31,450 nucleotides of DNA, from positions 1 through 31,450 of the forward strand of contig CBFDAY010000001.1 in assembly GCA_965602895.1 (NCBI GenBank), read 5' to 3'. Position 1 is the first letter of the stretch, and each line of letters starts with the position of its first letter. The position numbers were made by a program, and so were the translations under genes. Source of the stretch: an uncultured bacterium (GTDB lineage: Bacteria > Abyssobacteria > SURF-5). The notes below the pieces were generated by a model, which saw nothing but the letters and a program-made list of their open reading frames with translations, had not been told where the DNA came from and made no database searches. Positions 1-10,605 of this stretch are shown one piece after another.

Positions 1-2
1 GC

Positions 3-320
3 GACTATGCCCACGTGAAGCTGCCGTCCGGCGAGGTCAGGCTCATCGGTGTCAGATGCCGGGCCACGATCGGGCAGATCGGCAACATAGATCACGAAAA
101 CATCAAGCTCGGCAAGGCGGGTCGCAAAAGATGGCTCGGCAGGAGGCCGCACACACGCGGCGTGGCCATGAACCCCGTCGATCATCCCCTCGGAGGCGGT
201 GAAGGCAAGTCCTCCGGCGGACGCCATCCATGCTCCCCCTGGGGCATGCCGACAAAGGGGTTCAAAACGAGGAAGAAATCGAAGCCGTCGAGCAAGTACA
301 TTGTGAAGAAAAGGAAATGA
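3..320 (+). CDS. rplB: 50S ribosomal protein L2, C-terminal part (5' end outside window)
   Basis: Motifs [18 protein letters not shown] and [12 protein letters not shown]; the frame is open from position 3 ([11 protein letters not shown]). Confidence 0.98.
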   Translation, partial: DYAHVKLPSGEVRLIGVRCRATIGQIGNIDHENIKLGKAGRKRWLGRRPHTRGVAMNPVDHPLGGGEGKSSGGRHPCSPWGMPTKGFKTRKKSKPSSKYIVKKRK

Positions 321-342
321 CAAAAGGTTCGGAGGCCAATAA

Positions 343-633
343 GTGGCACGCTCGGTAAAAAAAGGCCCGTTCGTGGACGAGCATCTGATCAAAAAGGTGC
401 TTCGCGCCCACGAGACCGGCGACAAGAAGGTCATACGCACATGGTCGCGCCGATCCACGGTCGTTCCCGAAATGGTCGGCCTGACGATTTCGGTGCACAA
501 CGGCAAGAAGTTTTTGCCCATATACATGACCGAAAACATGGTGGGCCACAAACTCGGCGAGTTCGCTCCGACGCGCGTCTTCCGCTCTCACGGCGGCAGG
601 GAAAAGCGCAGCCCCATTCGCAAGAAAGGCTGA
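343..633 (+). CDS. rpsS: 30S ribosomal protein S19
   Basis: [12 protein letters not shown]...TWSRRS...[10 protein letters not shown]; GTG start, SD GGAGG at 331-335. Confidence 0.98.
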   Translation: MARSVKKGPFVDEHLIKKVLRAHETGDKKVIRTWSRRSTVVPEMVGLTISVHNGKKFLPIYMTENMVGHKLGEFAPTRVFRSHGGREKRSPIRKKG

Positions 634-665
634 ATGGGTACGCGGCTTTTAATGGAGCAATTATC

Positions 666-1004
666 ATGATAGCAATAGCCAAAGGCCGATTCTTGAAAGT
701 CACGCCGCGAAAGGCGAGACTCCTCGTCGACCTGATAAGAGGCAAATACACCGAAGAAGCGCTCAGCACGCTTCAGTTCACTCCCAAAAGGGCGGCGAAA
801 ACAGTCGAAGGGGTGCTCAAGTCCGCGATTGCAAACGCCGAGCAGAGAGCCGACGTCAATGTGGACAACCTCTACGTGAGCAAGGCGACTGTCGACGGAG
901 GACCGACGCTGAAACGGTTCCGCCCCGCGCCCATGGGACGAGCGGTGAGGGTGCTCAAGCGCACATCTCATATCACCATAGAGCTCGACGAAAAGGAGCG
1001 ATAG
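666..1004 (+). CDS. rplV: 50S ribosomal protein L22
   Basis: TPRKARLLVDLIRG...GPTLKRFRPAPMGRA...RTSHITI; ATG 666 chosen rather than the ORF-track start 441, which overlaps rpsS. Confidence 0.97.
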   Translation: MIAIAKGRFLKVTPRKARLLVDLIRGKYTEEALSTLQFTPKRAAKTVEGVLKSAIANAEQRADVNVDNLYVSKATVDGGPTLKRFRPAPMGRAVRVLKRTSHITIELDEKER

Positions 1005-1007
1005 CCG

Positions 1008-1661
1008 ATGGGACAAAAGGTTCACCCGGTCGGGTTCAGGCTGGGTACCACCAAGACGTGGAATTCCCGCTGGTTCGCCGGCAGGGATTACGCCAAACTC
1101 CTGCATGAAGACCTCGAGATTTGCAAGCTCGTCAAAGAAAGACTTGCACATGCGGGCATATCAAAAGTCGAGGTGGAGCGGATGGGCCAAAAGGCCCGCG
1201 TCACCGTTCATACGGCGCGTCCGGGTATCGTCATAGGAAGGCGCGGCGCCGAAGTTGACCAGCTTCGCGGCGAACTCGAAAAGCTCTCCGATAAGGAAGT
1301 CTACATCGTAGTCCAGGAAATCAAAAAGCCCGAACTCAACGCGCAGCTTGTCGCCGAGAACATCGCGCAGCAGCTCCAAAGGCAGGTCTCATTTCGGCGA
1401 GTCATGAAAAAGACCGTCATCACCGCCATGCGCCTCGGCGCCAAGGGAATCAAAATCCGCTGCGCCGGCAGGCTGGGGGGCGCGGAGATAGCTCGCTCGG
1501 AATGGTACCGCGAGGGCCGAGTGCCGCTGCACACACTCAAGGCCGACATAGACTACGGATTCGCCGAGTGCCAGGCCACGTACGGAAAAATAGGGATCAA
1601 AGTCTGGGTTCTGCGCGACGAGAGCCACGAGCAGGGCGGCGGGAGACGCGAGAGGATCTAG
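1008..1661 (+). CDS. rpsC: 30S ribosomal protein S3
   Basis: [38 protein letters not shown]. Confidence 0.98.
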   Translation: MGQKVHPVGFRLGTTKTWNSRWFAGRDYAKLLHEDLEICKLVKERLAHAGISKVEVERMGQKARVTVHTARPGIVIGRRGAEVDQLRGELEKLSDKEVYIVVQEIKKPELNAQLVAENIAQQLQRQVSFRRVMKKTVITAMRLGAKGIKIRCAGRLGGAEIARSEWYREGRVPLHTLKADIDYGFAECQATYGKIGIKVWVLRDESHEQGGGRRERI

Positions 1662-1675
1662 GGGGTAATTAGAAA

Positions 1676-2104
1676 GTGTTAATGCCCAAAAGAGTAAAGC
1701 ACCGCAAAGAGCAGCGTGGCCGCATGAGAGGAAAGGCGTTGCGGGGCAGCACCGTCCACTTCGGCGAATACGGGCTCCAGGCGCTTGAGCCCGTGTGGCT
1801 TACCGCGCGGCAGATCGAGGCCGCACGCATCGCCCTCACACGGAAGATAAAGCGCGGTGGCAAGGTCTGGCTGAACGTATTCCCGGCCAAGCCCGTCTCC
1901 CAAAAGCCCCTGGAAACACGCATGGGCAAGGGCAAGGGTGATCCCGAAAAATGGGTCGCCGTCGTAAAGTCCGGCAGGATCTTGTTCGAGCTCGAAGGGG
2001 TGTCCGAAGAACTCGCCAGGGACGCCTTCCGGCTCGCCTCGCACAAGCTGCCCATCCGCACGCGTTTCGTCAAGCGGATGCGCGCGATCGGAGGCCGTCG
2101 CTGA
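1676..2104 (+). CDS. rplP: 50S ribosomal protein L16
   Basis: [20 protein letters not shown]; GTG start. Confidence 0.98.
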   Translation: MLMPKRVKHRKEQRGRMRGKALRGSTVHFGEYGLQALEPVWLTARQIEAARIALTRKIKRGGKVWLNVFPAKPVSQKPLETRMGKGKGDPEKWVAVVKSGRILFELEGVSEELARDAFRLASHKLPIRTRFVKRMRAIGGRR

Positions 2105-2313
2105 TGCAGGCGAGAGAACTCAGAGAACTAACGACCGAGGAACTCGAGCACGAAGCCCGGGAGGCCACGCAGGCCCTTTTCAACCTGCGCGTGCAGGCCA
2201 CCGGCGGGCAGCAGGTCGATAACGTTAAACGATTCAGGGAACTTCGCCGCGACGTCGCGCGGATCGAGACCGTGCTCAACGAAAAGAGGCGGCAACAGGA
2301 TCAAGGGCGATAG
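2104..2313 (+). CDS. rpmC: 50S ribosomal protein L29
   Basis: [14 protein letters not shown]...LFNLRVQ...[13 protein letters not shown]; TGATG overlap with rplP. Confidence 0.96.
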   Translation: MQARELRELTTEELEHEAREATQALFNLRVQATGGQQVDNVKRFRELRRDVARIETVLNEKRRQQDQGR

Positions 2314-2317
2314 CCAC

Positions 2318-2578
2318 ATGGCAGAGAAAAAGGAACACAAGCAGGAAAAAACCGGAGTGGTTTCCAGCGCCAAGATGAACAAGACCGTCGTGGTCAGCGT
2401 GCAGAACACGTTCCTTCATCCGACCTACAAACGGGTCGTGAGGAAAACACGGAAGTTCAACGCCCACGACGAAAAGGGCGAATGCGCCGTCGGCGATGTC
2501 GTCCGCATCGTGGAATGCAGGCCCCTCAGCAAGACCAAAAGATGGCGGCTTTCGGAAATCATCGAGCGGGCCAAGTAA
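2318..2578 (+). CDS. rpsQ: 30S ribosomal protein S17
   Basis: [14 protein letters not shown]...AHDE...[11 protein letters not shown]. Confidence 0.98.
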   Translation: MAEKKEHKQEKTGVVSSAKMNKTVVVSVQNTFLHPTYKRVVRKTRKFNAHDEKGECAVGDVVRIVECRPLSKTKRWRLSEIIERAK

Positions 2579-2626
2579 AGGTCCGGGCGGCTCGGCTCAG
2601 GGGCTCACTTATTATTTGGAGCAGTC

Positions 2627-2995
2627 ATGATTCAGTTAAGAAGCATGCTCGAGGTCGCTGACAACTCGGGCGCCAAAAAATTGCAATGCATACAGGTCCT
2701 CGGCGGCACCCGAAGACGCTACGCGCGCGTCGGCGACATCGTCGTGTGCAGCGTCAAGGCGGCCATGCCGCAGGCCGACATCAAGAAGGGCGACGTCGTC
2801 AAGGCGGTCGTCGTCAGGACCAGGCAGGATACGCAGCGGCCCGACGGTTCCGTCGTCAGGTTCGGAGACAACGCCGCCGTCGTAATCAACGAACAGAAGA
2901 TCCCTCGCGGGACCCGGATTTTCGGGCCCGTGCCCCGCGAGCTCAGGAATAAGGATTTCATGAGAATAATCTCGCTTGCGCCCGAAGTGGTGTGA
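2627..2995 (+). CDS. rplN: 50S ribosomal protein L14
   Basis: [17 protein letters not shown]...[12 protein letters not shown]...SLAPEV. Confidence 0.98.
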   Translation: MIQLRSMLEVADNSGAKKLQCIQVLGGTRRRYARVGDIVVCSVKAAMPQADIKKGDVVKAVVVRTRQDTQRPDGSVVRFGDNAAVVINEQKIPRGTRIFGPVPRELRNKDFMRIISLAPEVV

Positions 2996-3016
2996 CGCGG
3001 GCTCGGGAGCCACGCA

Positions 3017-3349
3017 ATGAGCAGACCGAAAATGCACATAAAAAAAGGCGATACGATCACGGTTATCTCAGGCAAGGAGAAGGGGAAAAAGGGCAAGGTG
3101 CTCTACGTTTCTCCCAGGAGCAACCGCGCGATCGTGGAAGCGCTCAACATGATAACGCGCCATGAGCGCCCGTCGCAGAGGAGCCCGCAGGGAGGCATGA
3201 TCCAGAAGGAAGCCCCCATTAACGCGTCGAACCTCATGCTCATCTGCAACAAGTGCAACAAGCCGACGCGAACCGGCAAAAGGATCCTCGAGGACGGCTC
3301 CAAAGTGCGCGTCTGCAAGAAGTGCTCTGAAATTATCGACGTCGGCTAG
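3017..3349 (+). CDS. rplX: 50S ribosomal protein L24 (with two CxxC motifs)
   Basis: HIKKGDTITVISGKEKGKKG (KOW motif), KEAPINASN; CNKC and CKKC near the C-terminus. Confidence 0.98.
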   Translation: MSRPKMHIKKGDTITVISGKEKGKKGKVLYVSPRSNRAIVEALNMITRHERPSQRSPQGGMIQKEAPINASNLMLICNKCNKPTRTGKRILEDGSKVRVCKKCSEIIDVG

Positions 3350-3367
3350 AAAAGAGGACGGCCACAA

Positions 3368-3913
3368 GTGGCAAGGCTTAAGGAAAGATACAAAAAAGAA
3401 ATCGCCCCGGCGCTCAAAGAGAGGCTGGGAGTCGGAAATATCATGGAAGTCCCGCGTCTGAGCAAAATAGTAGTGAACATGGGACTCGGCGACGCTCCTA
3501 CTGACGGAAAGGTCATGGAAAGCGCCATAAAGGAACTCGCCATAATAACCGGCCAAAGGCCGGCCATAACGCGCGCGAAGAAGTCCATCGCCGCATTCAA
3601 GCTCCGCGCAGGCCAGGCCATCGGCTGCATGGTGACCCTTCGGGGCGATCGGATGTACGAGTTTTTCGACAGGCTCACGAACATCGCGATCCCGAGAATC
3701 CGCGACTTCCGTGGCGCCTCCCTGAAGGCCTTCGACTCGTTCGGCAACTATACGATGGGAATCAGGGAGCAGATCGTTTTCCCCGAGATCGACTACGACG
3801 ACGTTTACAAGATACGGGGAATGAACATAGTGTTCGTTATCAAGAATTCAAGCGGGCGCGAGGCCAGCACTGAACTCCTGCGGGAGCTCGGCATGCCCTT
3901 CGCCCGAAGCTAA
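3368..3913 (+). CDS. rplE: 50S ribosomal protein L5
   Basis: [42 protein letters not shown]; GTG start. Confidence 0.98.
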   Translation: MARLKERYKKEIAPALKERLGVGNIMEVPRLSKIVVNMGLGDAPTDGKVMESAIKELAIITGQRPAITRAKKSIAAFKLRAGQAIGCMVTLRGDRMYEFFDRLTNIAIPRIRDFRGASLKAFDSFGNYTMGIREQIVFPEIDYDDVYKIRGMNIVFVIKNSSGREASTELLRELGMPFARS

Positions 3914-3947
3914 AGCGCATCGGGGCGCGCCCCGATGGAGGGAATCT

Positions 3948-4133
3948 GTGGCAAAAAAATCCTTGATAGCTAAAGCCAAGCGGGAACCCAAGTTCCGCGT
4001 GCGCAAGTACAACAGATGCAGGATATGCGGAAGGCCCAGGGGTTATCTTCGCAAGTTCGAGATATGCCGGATTTGCTTCAGGAACCTGGCCCTCGAGGGA
4101 AGACTGCCCGGCGTCGTCAAGGCCAGCTGGTAA
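3948..4133 (+). CDS. rpsZ: 30S ribosomal protein S14, type Z (Zn-binding, 61 aa)
   Basis: [10 protein letters not shown]...ICRICFR...GVVKASW; two CxxC motifs. Confidence 0.97.
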   Translation: MAKKSLIAKAKREPKFRVRKYNRCRICGRPRGYLRKFEICRICFRNLALEGRLPGVVKASW

Positions 4134-4184
4134 GTCCCCGCACGGGACGCCCGCAAGCTTACAAGCGAAGGAGAATGAAAGCCG

Positions 4185-4583
4185 ATGTCGCTATCGGATC
4201 CCATTGCCGACATGCTGACCCGCATTCGCAACGCCAATACGGCGATGAAAGAAAAGGCGGATATACCGGCATCTAAAATGAGTGAGGATATAGCCAAGAT
4301 CCTCAAAGGAGAAGGCTATATCGTCGATTACAAGTTGATCGACAACAACAAGCAGGGAATTCTCAGGGTATTCCTGAAATACGGACCCGACCGCGAGAGA
4401 ACGATAATCGGTCTGCGGCGCAGGAGCAAGCCCGGCAGGCGTGTCTATCGCGGGGCCAAGGACCTGCCGCGCGTGGTCGGCGGACTGGGTGTCGCCATCA
4501 TCTCAACACCCAAGGGCATGCTCACCGACAAACAGGCCCGCGAGGCCAATGTCGGTGGAGAGGTAGTCTGCGAAATCTGGTAG
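4185..4583 (+). CDS. rpsH: 30S ribosomal protein S8
   Basis: [30 protein letters not shown]. Confidence 0.98.
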   Translation: MSLSDPIADMLTRIRNANTAMKEKADIPASKMSEDIAKILKGEGYIVDYKLIDNNKQGILRVFLKYGPDRERTIIGLRRRSKPGRRVYRGAKDLPRVVGGLGVAIISTPKGMLTDKQAREANVGGEVVCEIW

Positions 4584-4611
4584 GTTTCAAACGAAAGGGC
4601 TTCACACAAGA

Positions 4612-5145
4612 ATGTCTCGCGTAGGGAAAAAACCGATTCCGATTCCCGACAAAGTAAAGGTCTCCATCAAGGACCGGCACGTGGCGGTCGAGGGATCGAA
4701 GGGAAAGCTCGAACTCGACGTCGCCCCCCCCATCACCGTAAAAAAAGAGGACAACGATATAATCGTCACTCGGCCCAACGACGCCCGCAGGAACCGCGCG
4801 TTCCACGGGCTCACGCGCGCCCTGATCGCCAACATGGTGAGGGGAGTGAGCGAAGGATTCGAGAAAAAGCTCGAAATACAGGGCGTCGGCTATCGCGCCG
4901 TCGCGCAGGGCAAGGCGCTGAATTTCCAGCTTGGCTATAGCCATCCGATCCTGTTCGAACCGCCGGAAGGGGTCGACCTCTCGGTCGACCGCAGCATAGT
5001 GACCGTCAGCGGCATAGACAAGCAGGCCGTCGGGCAGGTGGCGGCCCAGATAAGGGGTCTCCGAAAGCCCGAGCCGTACAAAGGCAAAGGAATCCGCTAC
5101 GTCGGCGAACACGTGCGCCGCAAGGCGGGCAAGATCGGAATATAA
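4612..5145 (+). CDS. rplF: 50S ribosomal protein L6
   Basis: MSRVGKKPI, GVGYRA, LGYSHP, PEPYKGKGIRY. Confidence 0.98.
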   Translation: MSRVGKKPIPIPDKVKVSIKDRHVAVEGSKGKLELDVAPPITVKKEDNDIIVTRPNDARRNRAFHGLTRALIANMVRGVSEGFEKKLEIQGVGYRAVAQGKALNFQLGYSHPILFEPPEGVDLSVDRSIVTVSGIDKQAVGQVAAQIRGLRKPEPYKGKGIRYVGEHVRRKAGKIGI

Positions 5146-5174
5146 CCGAAAAAGTATAGTCCGAGGTTCACACG

Positions 5175-5546
5175 ATGGCAAAACTCAAACTCACAAAGGC
5201 TGACGCCAGACGCAGGCGGCGTCTCAGCATAAGAAAAAAGATCTCCGGAACCCCCGAGAGGCCGCGCCTGTGCGCTCACCGCAGCATCAAGCATATATAC
5301 GCCCAGATAATTGACGACACGACCGGGCGCGCTTTGGCCTCGATCTCCTCGCTTTCGCCCGAGGCCAAAAAGAGCGGCGCCTCGGGAAACAACGTGGCGT
5401 CGGCCCGAATAGTGGGCGAAGTGCTGGCCGAGAAAGCGTCCGGGCTTGGAATAGAAAGCGTCGTATTCGACCGGAGCGGCTTCCTCTTTCACGGCCGGAT
5501 CAAAGCGCTCGCCGATGGGGCCCGCGCCAAGGGACTCAAATTCTAG
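5175..5546 (+). CDS. rplR: 50S ribosomal protein L18
   Basis: [38 protein letters not shown]. Confidence 0.98.
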   Translation: MAKLKLTKADARRRRRLSIRKKISGTPERPRLCAHRSIKHIYAQIIDDTTGRALASISSLSPEAKKSGASGNNVASARIVGEVLAEKASGLGIESVVFDRSGFLFHGRIKALADGARAKGLKF

Positions 5547-5554
5547 GAGGCGTC

Positions 5555-6055
5555 TTGAATAAGTTTCAGCCTGAAGAACGAGAGCTAATCGAGAAGATAG
5601 TCAGGATCAACCGCGTAGCCAAGGTTGTCAAGGGCGGCCGGCGCTTCGGGTTCAGCGCGCTCGTGGTCGTCGGCGACGGTCGTGGATGCGTGGGCGCCGC
5701 GCTGGGCAAGGCCAACCAGGTTCCCGATGCCATTCGCAAGGGGATCGAAAAGGCGAAAAAGGCGATGATCAACGTTCCGATAGTCAACGGCACGATACCG
5801 CACGAGATAATCGGCCGCGTGGGCGCCGGCAAAGTCATCCTCAAACCGGCCTCACCCGGCACGGGTGTGATCGCCGGCGGCGGAGTCAGGGCCGTCATGG
5901 AGGCCGTGGGCGTTTCCAACATCCTCAGCAAATCGCTCGGCTCCAGCAACGCCATCAACGTCGTCAGGGCCACGATAGAGGGCCTGGAAAATCTCCACAC
6001 GGCCGAAGAAATAGCGGCCAAACGCGGCAAGAAAGTATCCGAGATCATCGCGTAA
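5555..6055 (+). CDS. rpsE: 30S ribosomal protein S5
   Basis: [37 protein letters not shown]; TTG start with SD AGGAGG. Confidence 0.98.
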   Translation: MNKFQPEERELIEKIVRINRVAKVVKGGRRFGFSALVVVGDGRGCVGAALGKANQVPDAIRKGIEKAKKAMINVPIVNGTIPHEIIGRVGAGKVILKPASPGTGVIAGGGVRAVMEAVGVSNILSKSLGSSNAINVVRATIEGLENLHTAEEIAAKRGKKVSEIIA

Positions 6056-6069
6056 GGAATGACGAACAT

Positions 6070-6510
6070 ATGGAACTGAACACTATCAAACCGCCGAAAG
6101 GTTCCCGGAAAAGTGTCAAGCGGCTGGGCCGGGGTCGCGGCTCCGGCCACGGCAAGACTGCGTGCAGGGGCACGAAGGGACAAAGGTCCCGCTCCGGCTC
6201 CAAATCCGCGCGCGGATACGAAGGCGGCCAGATGCCGCTTCAGAGGCGCGTGCCCAAGCGCGGCTTCAGCAACATCTTTCGGAAAGAATATGAAGTCGTC
6301 AATATCGAAAAGCTCAACTCTTTCGAGGCCGGCTCCGAGGTCACACCCGAACTCCTCAGCGAAAAGGGAATCGTCCGGCTGAACCTCGACGGTGTGAAAA
6401 TACTGGGCGACGGCGAGCTCAAAGTCTCGCTGACCGTGCGCGCGAACCGGTTCAGCAAGACAGCCAGGGAAAAGATTGAGGCCGCGGGCGGCAAGGTCGA
6501 GGTGATCTGA
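6070..6510 (+). CDS. rplO: 50S ribosomal protein L15
   Basis: [43 protein letters not shown]; ATG 6070 (the ORF-track extension to 5686 overlaps rpsE). Confidence 0.98.
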   Translation: MELNTIKPPKGSRKSVKRLGRGRGSGHGKTACRGTKGQRSRSGSKSARGYEGGQMPLQRRVPKRGFSNIFRKEYEVVNIEKLNSFEAGSEVTPELLSEKGIVRLNLDGVKILGDGELKVSLTVRANRFSKTAREKIEAAGGKVEVI

Positions 6511-7833
6511 TTGCTCAGCGCGTTTCAGAATGCGTTCAAGATACCCGAGCTCAAGAATCGCATCCTGTTCACGCTGGCGCTGCTGGTCATTTACAGGCTC
6601 GGCGGACACATTCCGACACCGGGAATCGACGGCAGGCTGATGGCCGAGTTCGTGGCCGAACAGCAGAACACGCTGCTCGGATTCGCCGACCTGTTCGCGG
6701 GCGGCTCGTTCAGTCGCATGACCATCTTCGCGCTCGGCATAATGCCGTACATCAGCGCCTCGATCATATTGCAGCTGCTCGTCGCCGTGATACCTTATTT
6801 CGAAAAGCTGTCGAAAGAGGGCGAAGAGGGGCGGCGCAAGCTGACGCAGTACACGCGTTACGGCACCATCGCTCTGACGGCGGTCCAGTCGATGGGTATC
6901 AGCCTGTGGCTTTCGAACCCGAGCAACTTCGGCGGCATGGAGATCGTCCCGCATCCGGGCATCGGCTTCATCCTGCTTACGATGATTACGTTTACTACCG
7001 GTACGGCGTTCATAATGTGGCTCGGCGAGCAGATAACCGAGCGGGGTGTCGGCAATGGGATATCGCTCATAATATTCGCCGGAATCGTAGCCGGCATGCC
7101 CACCGCTCTGGCCATGCTTGTCAATAACATCCAGATAGGCGAGATGAGCATATTCAAGATGGTCGTGCTCACGATTATGCTCATCGGCGTTACGGCCGGC
7201 GTGATCGTTCTGACGCAGGGCCAGAGAAAGATACCCGTGCAGTACGCAAAGCAGATAAAAGGGCGCAAGGTCTACGGCGGGCAGAGCACGTTCCTGCCCC
7301 TGAGGGTGAACCAGGCGGGCGTGATCCCGATCATCTTCGCCTCGTCGCTTCTGCTCTTCCCGGCCACGATAGCCCAGTTCTTCCACACCGGAGGGCTGCA
7401 GGCGCTGAGCGACCTGCTCGCGCCCGGGAGAGCGCTTTACAATATTATTTACGTAGCCCTTATCGTATTCTTTTCGTATTTCTACACGGCGATCACGTTC
7501 AACCCGGTCGACGTCGCGGACAACCTGAAGAAATACGGGGGGTTCGTGCCGGGGATCAGGCCGGGCAGGCAGACGGCCGAGTACCTGGACAGGGTGATGA
7601 CTCGAATCACGCTGCCCGGATCGATAGCGCTCGCGTTCGTGGCCGTGATGCCGACAATGATCGGCGCCAGCATGCGCGTGCCCTATCTTGTCGCCAGTTT
7701 CTTCGGCGGAACGAGCCTCCTGATCGTTGTGGGCGTGGCGCTCGATACCGTGCAACAGATTGAGTCGCACCTGCTCGTCAGGCATTACGACGGCTTTATG
7801 AAAAAGGGACGCATCAGGGCCAGAAGGTTCTGA
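6511..7833 (+). CDS. secY: Preprotein translocase subunit SecY
   Basis: IFALGIMPYISASII, WLGEQITERGVGNGISLII, FGGTSLLIVVGVALD; TTG start abutting the rplO stop, SD GAGGTG. Confidence 0.98.
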   Translation: MLSAFQNAFKIPELKNRILFTLALLVIYRLGGHIPTPGIDGRLMAEFVAEQQNTLLGFADLFAGGSFSRMTIFALGIMPYISASIILQLLVAVIPYFEKLSKEGEEGRRKLTQYTRYGTIALTAVQSMGISLWLSNPSNFGGMEIVPHPGIGFILLTMITFTTGTAFIMWLGEQITERGVGNGISLIIFAGIVAGMPTALAMLVNNIQIGEMSIFKMVVLTIMLIGVTAGVIVLTQGQRKIPVQYAKQIKGRKVYGGQSTFLPLRVNQAGVIPIIFASSLLLFPATIAQFFHTGGLQALSDLLAPGRALYNIIYVALIVFFSYFYTAITFNPVDVADNLKKYGGFVPGIRPGRQTAEYLDRVMTRITLPGSIALAFVAVMPTMIGASMRVPYLVASFFGGTSLLIVVGVALDTVQQIESHLLVRHYDGFMKKGRIRARRF

Positions 7834-7860
7834 TCTTATCTCCCAGCGGAGGATCATAGA

Positions 7861-8523
7861 ATGGCGGACTCAGCAAAGAAAAGACTGATGGTGATGCTTG
7901 GGCCTCCCGGCGCCGGCAAAGGCACCCAGGCGGTAAGGGTGGCCGGGCGATACGCGATCCCGCACATCTCGACGGGCGACATCTTCAGGGCGGCCATCAA
8001 AGAGGGCACCGAAGTCGGTCTCAAGGCGAAGAAATATCTCGACGCCGGAGAACTCGTCCCCGACTCCGTCGTCACGGAGATAGTCGCCGAGAGGATCAAA
8101 AAGGACGACTGTTCCGATGGGTTTCTGCTCGACGGCTTCCCGCGCACACTGCCGCAGGCCGAGGCGCTCGACGAGGTATTGAGCGACGGCGGATGCCCGC
8201 TCACCGCCGTGATCGATCTCGCCGTGGACAGGGAAGCGCTGGTTAAAAGGCTTACCGCGCGGCGGACCTGTTCGGAATGCGGCGAAAATTATAACCTGAT
8301 TTCCAAACCGACCGAAAAAGAGGGCGTCTGCGACAAGTGCGGCGGCAAGCTGTATCAGCGCGACGACGACAAGCGCGAAACCATAGAGAACAGGCTCGCG
8401 GTTTACGATAAGCAGACGGCGCCGCTCATTCAGCACTACGAGGGCGGCGGGCGCCTCGTCAGCGTTTCGGGCACGGGGTCGATGGACGAAGTCTTCGGGC
8501 GCATCTGCAAAGCGCTCGACTGA
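7861..8523 (+). CDS. adk: Adenylate kinase with Zn-type (four-Cys) LID
   Basis: P-loop GPPGAGKGTQA, HISTGDIFR, LDGFPRT, LID CSEC...CDKC, QRDDD. Confidence 0.98.
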   Translation: MADSAKKRLMVMLGPPGAGKGTQAVRVAGRYAIPHISTGDIFRAAIKEGTEVGLKAKKYLDAGELVPDSVVTEIVAERIKKDDCSDGFLLDGFPRTLPQAEALDEVLSDGGCPLTAVIDLAVDREALVKRLTARRTCSECGENYNLISKPTEKEGVCDKCGGKLYQRDDDKRETIENRLAVYDKQTAPLIQHYEGGGRLVSVSGTGSMDEVFGRICKALD

Positions 8524-8549
8524 GCACGGTCCGCGGAGGAGCGGTCGCG

Positions 8550-9332
8550 GTGATAGTCATACGGTCTCCGGAGGAGATTTCGGTGCTTCGCGAGGCCAAC
8601 CGAATAGTGGCCCGTATTCTTAACGAGCTGGCCGGCGACGTCAGGGCGGGTGTATCCACCGAAACGCTTGACGCGAAGGCCGAAAGGCTGATAGTAAAGG
8701 CCGGCGGAAAGCCGGCATTCAAGGGCTATAGGGGGTATCCCAAGAGCATCTGCGCCTCTATCAACGATCAGGTGGTGCACGGGATACCGTCGTCCGATGT
8801 TGTCCTTGAGAATGGTGATATAATCAGCATAGACATCGGTATCGTCTATAGGGGATACGTCGGCGATACGGCGGCCACCTTTGCGGTGGGCGAAATCTGT
8901 GAGGAAAATGAACGGTTGATCCGCGTTACGCGCGAATCGCTCTACGCGGGAATCAGACAGGCGCGCGCAGGCAAGCGGCTTTCCGATATCTCGCATGCCG
9001 TGCAGACGCATGTCGAAAGCGGCGGTTTCTCCGTGGTTCGCGATTTCGTCGGCCACGGCATCGGGCAAAAGATGCACGAAGAGCCGCAGATACCGAATTT
9101 CGGGCGGCCGCACATGGGCCCGCGACTCGAGCCCGGCATGGTGCTCGCCATCGAGCCGATGGTAAACGCGGGCACCTATGAAGTTCGCGTACTCGGTGAC
9201 CGCTGGACTGCCGTTACCAAGGACGGGCGGCCTTCCGCGCATTTTGAACATTCGGTGGCGGTCACCGACGGAGAGGCGGAGATACTCTCCTTGCTTCCTG
9301 TTGGAGAGCGCGAGAGCACAGGATCAGGATAG
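8550..9332 (+). CDS. map: Methionine aminopeptidase type I
   Basis: SINDQVVHGIP, IDIG...GDTA, GHGIG..HEEP, AIEPMVN, SAHFEH; GTG start. Confidence 0.97.
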   Translation: MIVIRSPEEISVLREANRIVARILNELAGDVRAGVSTETLDAKAERLIVKAGGKPAFKGYRGYPKSICASINDQVVHGIPSSDVVLENGDIISIDIGIVYRGYVGDTAATFAVGEICEENERLIRVTRESLYAGIRQARAGKRLSDISHAVQTHVESGGFSVVRDFVGHGIGQKMHEEPQIPNFGRPHMGPRLEPGMVLAIEPMVNAGTYEVRVLGDRWTAVTKDGRPSAHFEHSVAVTDGEAEILSLLPVGERESTGSG

Positions 9333-9374
9333 CGTCCGTCGGTGGGGAGCGGCCGCTGAAAGAGTGGGGCATTC

Positions 9375-9593
9375 ATGCCGAAAGAAGAAGCGATAGAGGT
9401 TGAGGGAACAGTTGTCGAACCGTTGCCCAACGCCATGTTTCGGGTCGAGCTCAAGAACGGTCATCGGGTGCTTGCGCACATATCGGGCAAGATGCGCATG
9501 CATTTTATCCGCATCCTGCCGGGTGACACGGTCAAGATCGAACTTTCGCCCTATGATCTGACGCGCGGGCGGATAGTGTATCGGTATAAATGA
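9375..9593 (+). CDS. infA: Translation initiation factor IF-1
   Basis: [19 protein letters not shown]...[15 protein letters not shown]. Confidence 0.98.
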   Translation: MPKEEAIEVEGTVVEPLPNAMFRVELKNGHRVLAHISGKMRMHFIRILPGDTVKIELSPYDLTRGRIVYRYK

Positions 9594-9618
9594 GCAGCCC
9601 ATCGAGCGAGCAAGGACT

Positions 9619-9732
9619 ATGAAAGTACGAACATCGGTAAAAAGAATCTGTGAAAAGTGCAAAATAGTCAAACGCAAGGGTGTCGTAAGGGTGATCTGCT
9701 CGAACCCCAAGCACAAACAACGCCAGGGCTAG
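9619..9732 (+). CDS. rpmJ: 50S ribosomal protein L36 (37 aa; missing from the ORF track)
   Basis: Manual translation: [37 protein letters not shown]. Confidence 0.97.
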   Translation: MKVRTSVKRICEKCKIVKRKGVVRVICSNPKHKQRQG

Positions 9733-9782
9733 CCTTTTGAGCGGCGGTGGCCCGGGCTGCCCCGGGGAGGTGTAGAAAGAAA

Positions 9783-10151
9783 TTGGCAAGGATATTGGGC
9801 GTTGACCTGCCCAGGGAAAAAAGGGTCGAGATAGGCTTAACATATATTTACGGCGTAGGTCGCACGTTCTCGAAAAAAATTCTCGATGCTTCGGGCATCG
9901 ACCCGAATACGAGGGTGAAAGACCTGAGCGACGACGATGTGCGCAAGATCACCGCCACGATAACCAGCGATTATCAGATCGAGGGTGACCTGCGGCGCGA
10001 GATCGCGACGAACATAAAGCGCCTAATCGACACCGGCACTTACAGGGGGCTCAGACATCGCAAGGGAATGCCGGCGCGGGGGCAGAGAACGCACACTAAC
10101 GCGCGGACGCGCAAGGGGCCCCGCAAACAGCGTCCGGGCAAGAAAAAATAG
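9783..10151 (+). CDS. rpsM: 30S ribosomal protein S13
   Basis: (M)[43 protein letters not shown]; TTG 9783 preferred because of SD GGAGG at 9766-9770. Confidence 0.97.
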   Translation: MARILGVDLPREKRVEIGLTYIYGVGRTFSKKILDASGIDPNTRVKDLSDDDVRKITATITSDYQIEGDLRREIATNIKRLIDTGTYRGLRHRKGMPARGQRTHTNARTRKGPRKQRPGKKK

Positions 10152-10176
10152 CGGAATCATTCGGAGGAACTAAGAC

Positions 10177-10584
10177 GTGGCCAAGGCAAAGAAGGGCTCA
10201 AAGGCGAAGAAGCCGAAGAAAAAGAGAGTCAATCTCGGCATAACCAGCGGCGTCGCGCATATCCAGGCGACGTTCAACAACACCATCGTTACGATCACCG
10301 ACCCCAAGGGCAACGTCATATCATGGGCCAGTGCCGGGATGGTGGGCTTCAAGGGATCACGCAAGAGCACTCCGTTCGCCGCCCAGCTCACGGCAAGGTC
10401 GGCCGCCGAAAAGGCCGCCGCCGCCGGGCTCAAGGACGTAAAGGTCTACGTCAAGGGGCCGGGCGCAGGACGCGAATCGGCCATCCGGTCGCTCCAGGCG
10501 GCAGGTCTGCAAGTAAACATGATAAAGGACGTCACCCCCATTCCGCACAACGGATGCCGCCCTCCCAAGCGGCGTCGCGTGTGA
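10177..10584 (+). CDS. rpsK: 30S ribosomal protein S11
   Basis: [48 protein letters not shown]; GTG start. Confidence 0.98.
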   Translation: MAKAKKGSKAKKPKKKRVNLGITSGVAHIQATFNNTIVTITDPKGNVISWASAGMVGFKGSRKSTPFAAQLTARSAAEKAAAAGLKDVKVYVKGPGAGRESAIRSLQAAGLQVNMIKDVTPIPHNGCRPPKRRRV

Positions 10585-10605
10585 CGGGGGCGTGAGGAGA
10601 AATAT

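Noticed and set aside
6508-6513. rplO TGA directly followed in frame by the secY TTG (possible L15-SecY readthrough fusion)
   Set aside because: A good SD (GAGGTG) sits 6 nt upstream of the TTG; ordinary translational coupling explains the arrangement and no recoding signal is seen
5566-7857. 763-aa antisense ORF spanning rpsE-rplO-secY
   Set aside because: It is codon-aligned antiparallel to rplO and secY (which share a frame); GC-rich codon usage makes TTA/CTA/TCA rare, giving a shadow ORF with no recognisable motifs
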